From: Vermamoeba vermiformis
Lineage: Eukaryota
Length of the DNA stretch: 64,000 nt
Reading direction: 5' to 3'
Assembly (NCBI GenBank): GCA_045837725.1
Contig: JBEWZL010000232.1
Location: 186,001-250,000, forward strand
Part shown: positions 26,634 to 38,337 of the stretch, one piece after another
Layout of the letters: each line of letters opens with the position of its first letter
Position numbering within the stretch: position 1 is the first letter of the stretch
Position numbers and translations under genes: made by a program
The notes under the pieces: model-generated
What the model was told of the DNA's origin: nothing
The model's database searches: none
Seen by the model: only the letters and a program-made list of their open reading frames with translations

Positions 26634-29600
26634 CTAGCCTTTTTTCTGCAGACCGTGATTGGTCAAAAAATCAAAATTTTTGTTCTGCAGTATCGCAGTG
26701 AGCACGTGATGCGGCACCATCACTTTGAACGGCTTTTCAGTGGCTGGATCTTGATTGCGCTCGTTGATGAACACGGACTGACACTCGTGCAGCAGTGACT
26801 GCGTGAACATCATCATGGCCTTGAACAACACGCTCTCTACCAGCTTGTTGCTCTCGTCATCCACTTGCACGCCAATCTCCGCCAGCACTGCTCTGATCCA
26901 TGCAGCCTCGTTGTCATTCAACAGCGGTGTCGAGTGAATCATCTTGTCGGGCACGGGGACTGCGTGATGTGCGGGCACTGCGACGACACCAGGCATCGAG
27001 ACGGGCACTTTGACTGCACCAGGCGGCAGTGCAACGGCATTGGCTGTGCCGTGCGGTGTTTTGACCTGCACAATGTTGTTGGCGTGTATGGGCATGCCGC
27101 TGACATGTGCCACGGTATTGGGACTGATGGCGATGGGTTGTTGTTGTGGTCGTGCGTTGTTTGGACTAGGTGTAGTAGGGTTATTATTATTCGTAGTGGT
27201 GTTGGTATTTGGTGTTGTGGGTGTGTTAGTATTGACAGTGCTGGAAGTGGGGGTGTTGGTATTATTGACAGTGGTGTTGGGGGTAGTATTCACAGGTGTG
27301 CCGGGTGTGGCACTGGCAGTGGGGGCAGCCAATGAAGTCGCTGCACTGGGCTCAGAAGTGGCGGTCTTGTGCTCGTGGGACTGGCTCTCATCTGTCTTCT
27401 TCTCTTTGTCCTCTGAGGGCACTGCAGTGACAGGTACGATCTGCGCACCATCGCTAGCCACAATGATCGCATTCGATGGCACGACATTGCTATTCAATGC
27501 TTGCACGAGAACTGGTGGCTTGGGCGCGATGTTAGGCAATTGTCCGGCACTGGCAATCGGTCGCGGACCTGTGCTGGGCTGTGAGGGCTTGGCTGGCACA
27601 GCAACCACGTGTTGATTCTTGAGCATGAGCGCATTCTGCTGCTGCTGCGTGAGCGGTGAAGTAATGTACACAAGTTGACGTTGTTGATTGGCTCCCGTAG
27701 TGACGACTACATGGCCTGTCTTGGGCTGTGCAATAGGAGCTAGTAGTCGCGGTGGTGGCACGAGTGTGAGTGGTGGCAATGGCGCACTGCTGCGTGCTTG
27801 AAGTTCAGCAAAGGACGAGAGATTGGCGAGCAGCAACATCTTCTTCCTCTCACCGCAACGACGCTCTAGTTCATCGAATTGGTCGACAGGGAAGTGAGCA
27901 CAGCCGCAGAACTGACAGAACACAATCTTCTTGGCCAATGTCTTCTTGGTGGCCTTGCGCAGCTTCATTTGCTCGTATTGAATCAACTGCTGCTGATACA
28001 TCTCATCGTAGCTGCCTTGTGCCTTGCAGCCAGGTGTCAGACCTTGTTCGCGCAGAAAACTTGCAATTCGTTTTGTGGTCCATTCAGTCTGATGCAAATT
28101 CAGTTCTTCTTCGAGTCTGATGCGCAGTCGTCGAGCGCGTTGCCACTCACTAGACTTCCTCTTGCCTAAACTCCACGAGTTCCATTGCTCTGCATTCTTA
28201 GCACACGAGAACGGTAGTTTCCCGCTCTTTTCTTCTGACACGAGAGGGAATCGCAATTCAGCTTCAATTTTCAAGAACGAGCCCACGTCATTGTCCGTGA
28301 TCTTCTGTCGCTTCCTTCGACCCTCGTCAGTGTCATCTTCGAGGCGCCGTTTGTGTCCAGTGAGTGAATAGTGCTCTGAAGTGAAGGTGTTCTCGCTGTT
28401 GGACTCTTGTTCTAATTTGTCACAGAACTCGGGGTCTAATTCAATCACCACCTCCTGTTCACAGCCCATCTTCTGCAGGCCAATAGTCTCAAAGTCGAGT
28501 TTGATTGGATGAATCACATTGGTCGGCTGAGTCTTGCCGTCAGCCCAATAGATTTGCACGCGGACTGGTGCTGGGCTCTTTGCGCGTCTTGTGATTTGAA
28601 ATGGTGCCGCGCGCACTTCAACAATGTCATCGGGCCCGTACATGGTAGGGTGCAAGAAGAAGCGCACTTTTTGAACAAATTTGCTGATGTCACTAGTCTC
28701 CTTGTGTCCGCGCACGTAAATCATCCATTTGTGTGTTTGTCCATCTGCACCAATGTTTTCTACCGCAACAATTAACATTATACTATCGCCATATGGCCAC
28801 GCAATGCATACCTGGTGCAAGGGCCTTGGAAGTGTTGCCAACGATCACCTTGCGGGCATAAGGCTTCTGATCACCGTCTTCAGTGTCGCTGCTGCTGCGG
28901 GCATCGCGTTCAAAAAATGATTCAGCTCGTCGCTCACCGAGGAATACAACACCTGATGAAGGTGAACCGGGCTCGTATTCAGTCTTTTTCTTATTCACAA
29001 AGTACGAGAGGGGCTTACTTAGTCGTGATGGATCTTCTGGCGGCACTTCTGATTCGTCCTGCACATCACATTGTTATGCCTTGTCGTGCTATATGTTTAT
29101 ATTCCTAGGACTACATACCACAGGTACTCCGCAATGAATGGTCGCATCTTCGTAAGAGGAGAATTTGAGGCGATGCATGATACGACAGTGATTGACAAAG
29201 CCGAGCTGTGTTGCGAAGTCCACTCGCTTGCACACAGGACACACCAGTCTAGTGCCGCGTGATTAGTATAGTCATAATAAGTAATAATTGAACGTGGACC
29301 AGTCACGTACTTGACAAAGGTGCCATCTGGGTTGCGCGCGTAAAGATTGCCAATGTTAGTTCTGTTCTTGTTCCTCTTTTTCTTCTTCTTTCCACCCATG
29401 TCATTATTAATCTCGTACAATAGTGTTGCATCATATATGCCTGGCGAAGATAGAACATGAGATTAGTGAGCAAACAATTGGATCCTTAACGCTTTATCGA
29501 TGCAATTGTCTTTTGAATGTTGTCAGATATCTGTGAATGGTATATACTTACGTCCTGACCAAGACTTTTGTAATCGCTTCCAGATCGCCTCAACGTCCTT

Positions 29601-30457
29601 CATTCGTTTCTCGATCTGCTCTAATTCATTCGATTTGAACTTGGTTTCGTTTTCAAATTCCTGTACTAATACATTTCTCATCTTTTCGATGTTCTCCGCA
29701 TCTGTCGGACAATCAGTAATCAATAATCAGAATAGCAGCAAATTGCCGCGCGATCCGCCGAGAAGTTATCGATAAGAAAAATTATATCTTGCATATATAT
29801 AAATATATTATTTGATCTAGAATTAATTTGTTCGAAGCTAAATAACGCAAGATTATGAAATTAATAAAAATAATTGTGATTATCGATTATTCAATTCTTA
29901 GCAAATAAGACGAATAATAACGTACCTCTAGGAATAAATACGCCCGTTTTTTTATGCTCGTCATCAAGGAATGACTCGTCTTCGACAACATTCATTGAAC
30001 TGGACAGATCTTGAGTCATATCATGTTGGCTGAGATCCATATGCGCCAGCCATTCAAACTCCGAATGGTGTTCATATAAAAAGTCATGAGAGCCTAAATT
30101 GTGACCTCCTTCGCCTTGACCTTGGCCCTCATCGGATCCATCATTCGCACGATCAACTCCGTCCTCAGTCTGCATATCATCCTCGTCATCTTCGTCAAAG
30201 CCTTCGTCCTCGTCATCTTCTTCTTCCTCGTCAAAGTCGTCATAGAACTCGTCCTCTTCGAAGTTATGGAGCCCGAGGCCTTCACCGTCTAACTCGACGC
30301 CGCTAAACAACAGCTCCTCTTGCAACAAGGGCCGTGTATCTAGTGCATAATTGTCATGGTGGTCGTGGTGATCATGGTGGTCTAAATGAGTTGTAAATGA
30401 GTCCAAGGGCGCTGTAAAGCCGTGATCGTGATCGGGATCGTCGTGTACACTCGTCAT
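26634..30457 (-). CDS. YEATS2: YEATS2-like ATAC subunit with an Ahc1-type zinc finger
   Basis: YEATS domain KVIVGNTSK..THKWMIYVRG..KVRFFLHP; YEATS2 motif WSLGKRKSSEWQRA; C-terminal histone-fold-like VPHHVLTAI...FDFLTN; internal exon CPVCKRVDFATQLGFVNHCRIMH. Confidence 0.82.
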
Positions 30458-30808
30458 GTCATAAACAATAGTTGCACGGGTTGATAATTATTTTGGTGTA
30501 TTACAATAACAAATAATGCAGCTGGGGATAGTGCTGGTGCTGTAAAATATTTTAGTGGTGGATCGAGCCCTCTTTATCTCGATTTGATGCTTGTGAGAGC
30601 ATGTAGGATCAAACAGCTAATAAGCTGCTATATAAATAAATAAATAGACCACTGAGCTCCGAAAGAGATGTGTGTCGATCCTTTCAGCGGGCAAAAAGGA
30701 AATAATTTGCTGACGAGTTTTGATTTTGTTTTTGGCAACACGAACATCAAAAGCACATAAACAACTTCGTTGTTTTTCTCTTATTTGCACAAACACCTGT
30801 TACCCACA

Positions 30809-31109
30809 ATGTCGTCCAGATCGAGATTCGCGGATGTGCTGCAACGAAACACTTCTCGCCTCTTGGCTTTTGCTGCCTTTGGTTTTATCGGCTATACTGC
30901 AGCATTGATTGTCGGCAACAAAGTCATTTTCCCCGTCGAAAAGAAGAAAGTTGTAAGTTTTCATGAAAGCGATCCACTTTACTGCAGTCCAAAAAATATT
31001 AATAATTATTTAGGACCCCTCTACCGTACAAGCAGCCCCTGGAGTTGAATTAAAGAAAGAAATTGAATCGCTAGAAATTCCAGAACCCATTCCAAAGAAC
31101 AAAAAATAA
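30809..31109 (+). CDS. Small single-TM protein, possibly a COX14-like mitochondrial assembly factor
   Basis: 2 exons, ~80 aa, MSSRSRFADVLQRNTSRLLAFAAFGFIGYTAALIVG..; the family assignment is tentative. Confidence 0.45.
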
Positions 31110-31446
31110 GAGAGCTTAATTTTATTATCAATATTCATAGAGCATTATATCGTGCCACGTTCTTGAAATATTAAGTAATGTATATAAACTCCCAACAACT
31201 TATTTCAAGTACGGAGTTGTCAAATGAATTCACGCGACACCTGCCTTCATTCTCAATGCGCTTATGTGCGCAAGATAATTGCACTTATAATACTTGCTAT
31301 TAGGTGAGCAGCGAATAGAGCAATAATATTATTTATTCTCAGAGATAATGACGTAAAACATATTAACAAAATGCTCGTTGTGTCTGGCTGTCTATTTTAA
31401 CACGAGTGACAACGAGCACATGAGACGAATGCACTGACAGAGCACA

Positions 31447-32717
31447 TTAAGGGAATGGGCTGTTGCGACCCTTTTGCTTGGGAGGCTTGCTCTTGCCACC
31501 AGCACCACCGCGCTTCTTGCGACCGTCATCGAGCATGTCGCCACCTTCGTATTGCGTGTCCATGGCATCAGCGTCCATGGCAACCTTCAAGTTGGCCTTG
31601 GTCTCTTCAATTTGCTTCTCAAAGGCCTCGCGTAATCGCTTGGCGTTGTCTTGTTGGGTCTTGGCCCATGAGATCTTCTCTTCAATAGTCTTCATCAACT
31701 GTTCTGAGCTGTTGGACCTATCATACAACACCGCGCGTTAGTATTTCGACGCATTAGGATAGCTGTTTGTGTGCAACAGATGACCACTCGTATTTAAAAG
31801 AGGACATGTCTTAAGTGACACTTACCAGTTCGCGAGAGTGGTCAACAAGTTGTCAATTTGACCAGGTCGGAGATCTCGACCAATGGCGTGTTCGACCTAG
31901 TATGTAGTGCATTAGTCACTCTATTCACTACACGCCGATCTGATCCACTACACGACATACCTCCAATTGTCCTCGGCCTTGATCGAGACGGCCGATGATA
32001 ATACCTTGATATATACAGTCAATAATCAAATCTTCGAGTTCTCGCACGTTGCTAATATCGAGCTTTTCTTCCAAAGCTTTGTAAGAAATAATCTAAGCAA
32101 TGCTTGTTAGCGAGGTTACTCGGACGTACTTGTGGCTAATTATACGTACTCTGTTCTCAGCAGCCATAGAAACAATAGACAATTGCTTTAATTTTGTGAG
32201 TTGTTGCTTGGTCAATTTGGGCAGTTTTGCTTCGTTGGCTAGGAAAAAAATAGAAATTAAATATTTATTGAAAAATTCATCATTTAACTATTATAATACC
32301 TTTGTAGTTAGTGTAAGTGCCATAAGCAAAAATATTGAGCAATTCAAAGTGTTGTTTAGCTTCCTCATCTCCTTTTTCGAGCTAAAAATAAAAATAACCA
32401 ATTAATAAATAGTAGAGGCGATGAAAAGAAATTTAAAATGCATTAATTATTATTTGAACTTATTTCGAGCGAATTAATCAATTATTATAGATACAGGTCT
32501 TTACTCAAAATTGATTCAGAAATCCTTTAAAAATTTAACTACTTACTTGCTTGACACCTTCCAACTCCAAAATTTCACCAAAAACAAATACGTTAGGTGA
32601 GCTAAGAACTTGCTTAACAAAACCAGCAACAGCCTTGCTGTCTTTCAGATTCTTGCCCATAGTCAAGAACTGTTGAAGGTGAACACCACCGTCAGTAATT
32701 TCATTGACAGACGCCAT
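31447..32717 (-). CDS. COPS7: COP9 signalosome subunit 7
   Basis: LQQFL..VLSSPNVFVFGEIL, LLNIFAYGTY.DY, KLKQLSIVSMA, NVRELEDLIIDC.YQGII, GRDLRP. Confidence 0.92.
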
Positions 32718-33159
32718 ATTGACCTTTGTGTATTGTCTTGGTTGTTCAACTACTCCAATAAGCCCAAAAAAGTCTTTGTATTTTTTTTGCTCACGAATCT
32801 GACCGAAGAATTTTGACTTGTGCATGTTCTTATTTCTATCAATCCAGTACCCAATAACACAATACGCGATGCAATCAGGATAACTGTTGGCGATAAAGGC
32901 ATGACGTGGGCAGAGTCAGATAACGTAATTCATCAAAATATTAGGTGATTGAAATAATAATGCAGTAATATTAAGGACCTCAATTTATTATTGTTTATTA
33001 AATTAAAAGTAGTTATTATTATTTAAATGTCGGCTTGCAGTTAAGTAGTCAGTTCACAAGATATCTCACGACTCAGCTCGAAGAATAATTCCGTATTAAG
33101 TACTATTCAGTTTTCGAGTCGTTCAATTTTAATTCAGCGGAACAAGAAACACACAACAC

Positions 33160-34694
33160 ATGAAGTTCCTCAAAGTCCTGTTCATACTGGCTCTGCTCTT
33201 ATCAGCTGCTATTGCTGGTGATGATCACGAGGAGGGTGATGGTCCCTCCTCAGAGGATAACGACAACGAACAAGAACACGACTGTCATGTTGATCCCTGC
33301 TCTTTGCCTGCACCTCCTGGCTGTGTCTACGATAGTTGTGAAGTTCGAGAGCACTCCTGCACGGCAATCTATTATGATGACGAAGATAATGAGGTGTGCC
33401 AAAGAAATAGAACTCAGGATGGTAAGATTGAACTCGATCTGGCCACATTATTAACGCTGTATTAGCCTGTCCTGCTTACGGCTGCGATATGTATTGCCCT
33501 TATGGATTCAAACGAGATGATAATGGCTGCCCGATGTGCGAGTGCAATGGTGCGGAATAATTTTGGATGAATAATCCCAGATCCATTAACTGTTCCTCCG
33601 TTAGAGCGTCGAAGCTGCAATCAGGCATGCACTCGAGTAGAGTGTGCAGATAATGAGCGCCCTGTCATCTTACCCGGCGACTGCTGCCCTACTTGTGTGC
33701 CTTCGTGTGACAACGTCTATTGCACGCAAGGTAATTGTCTTCCCTTCCATGTCTGTTCATGCGCTAACTGCCTATAGTCGCTTGTGCTGACAACCAAATT
33801 ACATTCTTCTCGCCCAATGACTGTTGTCCGACCTGCGTGAATGCCACTGACTGCAATCTGGTTGATTGTCCGCAAGAAGTTGACTGTGAAGACCACGAGA
33901 TGGAAGTGCAAGCTGGCTGCTGCTCTGTCTGCATGCCACGCGTCGACTGTGAAGATGTTGAGTGTCCTCCTATTGAGTGCGCTGAGGGACAACACAAGCG
34001 AATGCGTGACGAGCACTGCTGTCCAGTCTGTGTCGACACACGTGACTGCCACAAGGACGCTGCGAATGCTACGGCCTGTCCAGACCTCAACTGCGCTGAG
34101 GGCGAGACATTGGTGCAAGGCGAAGACGACTGCTGTCCGCGCTGTGTGTCCGAGAATGCATGCAACAGCGTGCTGTGTCCTGCCTTCACCGGCTACTGTC
34201 TGGACGATGACGACTATCACGTCAAGAAGAATGGCACTTGCTGCTCGTATTGTCCTGGCACTGTCTGCAGGGACACAGTGACGACACGCTGCGACAGTTT
34301 TGATCGTCCAGTCTGCGCACCTGGCTGGTACAGAGGAGACAACTGCACTGAGCCTGTGCCCGAGTCTGAGCGCGTGTCCATTCAAGTTGAAATCACTGTC
34401 AATGGGCTCTCGCTGACTGCTGAGGACATCAAGTTCTTCATCGCCAACAAACTGAACATTGACGCCATGTACATTGGTGTGGACATGACCGCGAACAACA
34501 CCTTTGTGATCACCATTTCCTGGGCTGTGGATGCTCCTCCCGCGGGCATGGACCAAGCAGCGATTGAACAGGCTGTATCTCAAGCGATCGCGACCAATCC
34601 TAACTTTGTCACTGCGACCAAGAAGGAGAGCACATCCGCGGCTGCGCACGTGGCTGCAGGATCTGTCTTGCTCTTGGTCGCTCTTGTAATGTAA
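33160..34694 (+). CDS. Cys-rich surface protein with antistasin-like and VWC-like repeats, EGF-like module and GPI/TM tail
   Basis: Signal peptide; CDMYCPYGFKRDDNGCPMCEC (antistasin-like); several C..V.C...C.........CCP.C repeats; CAPGWYRGDNC; hydrophobic C-terminus. Confidence 0.75.
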
Positions 34695-34836
34695 AAATGT
34701 ACCTCCATAATATTTTCGAAAATTCTGACCATGCCTGCCGGTACGTTGCTAACCAGGACGTCCAGAGAAAAATTGGATCATTTTCTTTTTCTGTTCCTTA
34801 TCTCAGCCACAGCTCTCAGCTATTTGACCTATCATA

Positions 34837-37800
34837 ATGCTGAAGAGTAAATCGTTCGTTAAGATCACTCGCAAGAACAAAGTGGTTAAAGTCGTGCGCG
34901 AGCACTACCTGCGCGACGATGTTTGGTGCGGATCTGATCAGTGCTCGGAGTGTCAGAATCCAACTCCGAAGTTAACCTCTTCGATGGATTATCTGATATT
35001 AGATACCAACGCTATATTACATCAAAAAGATTTAATTCAAAACTCGAAGATCAAGAACGTGATCATCCTTCAGACTGTTCTGGAAGAAGTACGAAATCAC
35101 AGCTTCCAGTTGTATAATACTATTCGAGAAATTGCTCAAGACGATTCTAGGCACTTTTACGTGTTCTCCAACGAGTTCCACAGGTAAACGAAAAGGGATC
35201 CAGATCAGATTAATTTTTAAAAATTCTCAAACAATTTAAAATATTTAATTAACTACGCCAATGCTCCAAAACTGCATTTTATTGACTCCTTCTAATATTA
35301 GAGGAACTTACATCGAACGAGCAAGCCGTGAATCTCCGAACGATCGCAATGACAGAGGTAAGTTTTTGACACCCATAATAAATTTTATATTGATCTTGTA
35401 CTGCAGCTATTCGTGTCGCAGCCAAGTGGTTCACTGAACACCTTGCAGATCAAGACGTAAAAGTTTTGCTGCTGACAAACGACCAAGACAACCTGGCCAA
35501 GGCGTTGAAAGAAAAAATTAACGCCAAGACCGGTAAGCGCTGGTGCTGTACTATACAAGTACAATAATAAGCAATGTCTACATGATGGTTCTACACGAGA
35601 TTTCAGAAAGGATCTCGCTTTTCTGAGCGGATCCACTTGCTGTTGAGAAACAAAAACTGAACATAGACATTTGCTTATATTTTTTTTAAAATACTCCGCC
35701 TTAACTAATCAGTACACTAACTCATTGCTGTAAATAGTGGAGGAGTACATCCGATCGCTGAACGATCCAGAGCTCACCGACATTTTAGCCTTGTCTTCCA
35801 ATGCTAAATTGAACACCAAGGAAGAAATGCCATCAGTGTACCCCGAGGTATAATTAGCAATCCCTATTCACGCGTACAATTCGATTAACTTTGAGCAGCA
35901 TCTGTCCCCCGAAGAAGTTGAAGAGGGACTGCGCAAAAAGAAGCTCTATCAGGGCCCTATGCGTCAGAACTTGGACAACTGGCTCGAGGCCAATGTACCT
36001 GTTGACGGCCTCGACGAAGATGTGCTGATTCGCGGTCGAATGCACATGAACAGAGCCTTTGACGGTGATGTCGTTGTCGTAGAACTGTTGCCACGTGATC
36101 AATGGCGCCGTGCATCAAAGTTGTACGTGGACGCTGAAGAGCCCGACGTCGAGCACGTGTTGAAGTGCGACAGCGTGGATGTAGAGAGCGAGCACAACAA
36201 GACTCCAACCAAGAACAAGGCTGATCGCACGAATGAGCCTCGACCGACGGGCCGTGTTGTGGCCATTATCAGACGTAACTGGAAGACTTATTGCGGCACC
36301 ATCGAACCGATGACAGGTGTCAAAAGCGACAGTTATCTCTTCACTGCTACAGACCCTCGTGTACCGCGCGTGTTGCTCCGTACACTTCAAGGCCCTACAC
36401 TGCTTGACAAGCGTATTGTAGTCTCAGTCGATGACTGGCTCTTCAATGAGCCTTATCCACGCGGTCACTTCGTGCGCACGCTAGACGGCACAGTTGGCAC
36501 CATTGCCACCGAGAGCGAGGCCTTGTTGCTGCAACACAACGTCTCTTTTGCACCGTTCAGTGAACCAGTGCGCGCCTGTCTGCCTCACAACTGGAAAGTC
36601 ACACCACTGGACCTGGAAGAGCGATTGGATCTGCGCACAACTCACCGTGTGTTCTCTATTGATCCACCTGGCTGCACAGATATTGACGACGCCCTGCACG
36701 CACATCCCTTGCCCAATGGCAACTTCTCCGTTGGTGTACACATTGCTGACGTGTCACACTTCATCAAAGAAGGCACTGCCCTCGATCGTGAAGCACAGGC
36801 ACGAGGCACAAGTGTGTATCTCACCAACAAGCGCATTGACATGGTGCCGCGCGAACTCGGTGAAGACGTGTGCTCGTTGAACTGTCAAGTCGATCGATTT
36901 GCCTTCAGCGTCATTTGGGAGATGACGCCTGAAGCTGAGATTAAAGACACATTGTTCGCCAAGACAATCATCAAGTCCGTGCACTCATTCTCGTACGAAG
37001 AGGCCCAAAAGCGAATGGACAATAAAGAACTACACGATGAGGTCACACTGGACATTCGCCGCTTGAACAGTTTGGCACGAATTCTGCGCAAACGACGTAT
37101 GGACAATGGTGCGCTGACCCTCTCCTCGCCCGAAGTGAAGTTCAAGCGCGACGAAGAGAATGAGAACCCCGTTGATGTGGAGATGTATCAGTTGCGTGAA
37201 ACAAATGCACTCGTTGAAGAGTTCATGTTGTTGGCCAACATTGAGGTCGCCAAACAAATCGCCAAGATGTTCCCAGCCTTTGCCCTGTTGCGTCGTCACC
37301 CCAGCCCCCGTCCCAGCAACTTTGACTTCTTGAAGCGCGCTGTTGGCCGCTTTGGCTTTGATCTCGATGTCACCACTTCAAAGAGCTTAGCTGATTCGCT
37401 GGACCACATCGACCGTACCGAAGACCCTTACTTCAACACACTAGTGCGCATTCTCACTACTCGCTGCATGACTCCTGCACGCTACTTTGCCTCTGGTTCA
37501 GTCACACCCAAAGAGTTCCACCACTACGGTCTAGCTGTGCCTATCTACACGCACTTCACGTCACCGATTCGCCGCTACGCTGACGTTATTGTTCATCGCT
37601 TGTTAGCTGCCAGCATTGGTATTGCACCGCTGACACCCAAGCTCAATCAGCGCAGCATCCAAAAAATCTGTGACGGAATCAATCGCAAGAATCGCATGGC
37701 TGAATTAGCTTCACGCGAATCAACCCGTTTGTTCACGCACATCTTCTTGAAGGACCGAACTATCACCGAACAAGCCTATGTCACTGGTGTCAAACAAAAC

Positions 37801-38181
37801 GGTTTCAGCGTCATTGTTCCAAGATACGGCATTGAAGGCAAGGTCTACATCGGCTCAGTGAAAGATGCAGCGAAGAAATTCAGCTTTGATGAAGCAGAAC
37901 AAGTGCTGCAATCTCTTGACGGCAAGACGCGTATCACCGTGTTCGATAAGGTCACAGTTCAAATTCGCGTGGATTACTCGAAGAAACACTTGCCCAAGAT
38001 TATCTACCGATGCATGGAACCTAAACTGCACGAGCCATTCCCTGAGCAGAGCGGTGCCAGTGCTACAACTGAGACTCCTAGCAAAACCAACAGTCCGGCC
38101 CCAAGCACTAATGTTACCCCGGCCAAGAGAAAGTCAGAGAGCGCCACGCCAACACAAAATAAGAAGCACAAAAACAAATAA
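34837..38181 (+). CDS. DIS3: Exosome catalytic subunit DIS3/RRP44 (PIN + RNB)
   Basis: KVVREHYLRDD; PIN LILDTNAIL; ESPNDRNDRAIR; RNB IDPPGCTDIDDAL, LVEEFMLLAN, YTHFTSPIRRYADV. Confidence 0.96.
35568..35677 (+). ncRNA. Intronic box C/D snoRNA in DIS3 intron 35533-35737
   Basis: Terminal stem TAAGCAATGTCTA (35568-35580) / TAGACATTTGCTTA (35664-35677); box C ATGATGG at 35582; box D CTGA at 35657-35660; GTTCTACACGAGATTTC (35588-35604) is antisense to an LSU rRNA segment recalled as GAAAUCUCGUGURGAAC; host intron is unusually long (205 nt). Confidence 0.72.
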
Positions 38182-38337
38182 GCCCTTCCAATGTAATTAT
38201 TGTAAATATCAACATAAAACACTTCGCGAAAGATAACTGTCGCTTGATTATTTTACAAGTAATGCAGGTAAACTCCTGCGTTACATTTATTTAGGAATGG
38301 TTCCGCATACAATACATAAAAAGCTTAATCAAGTTCC

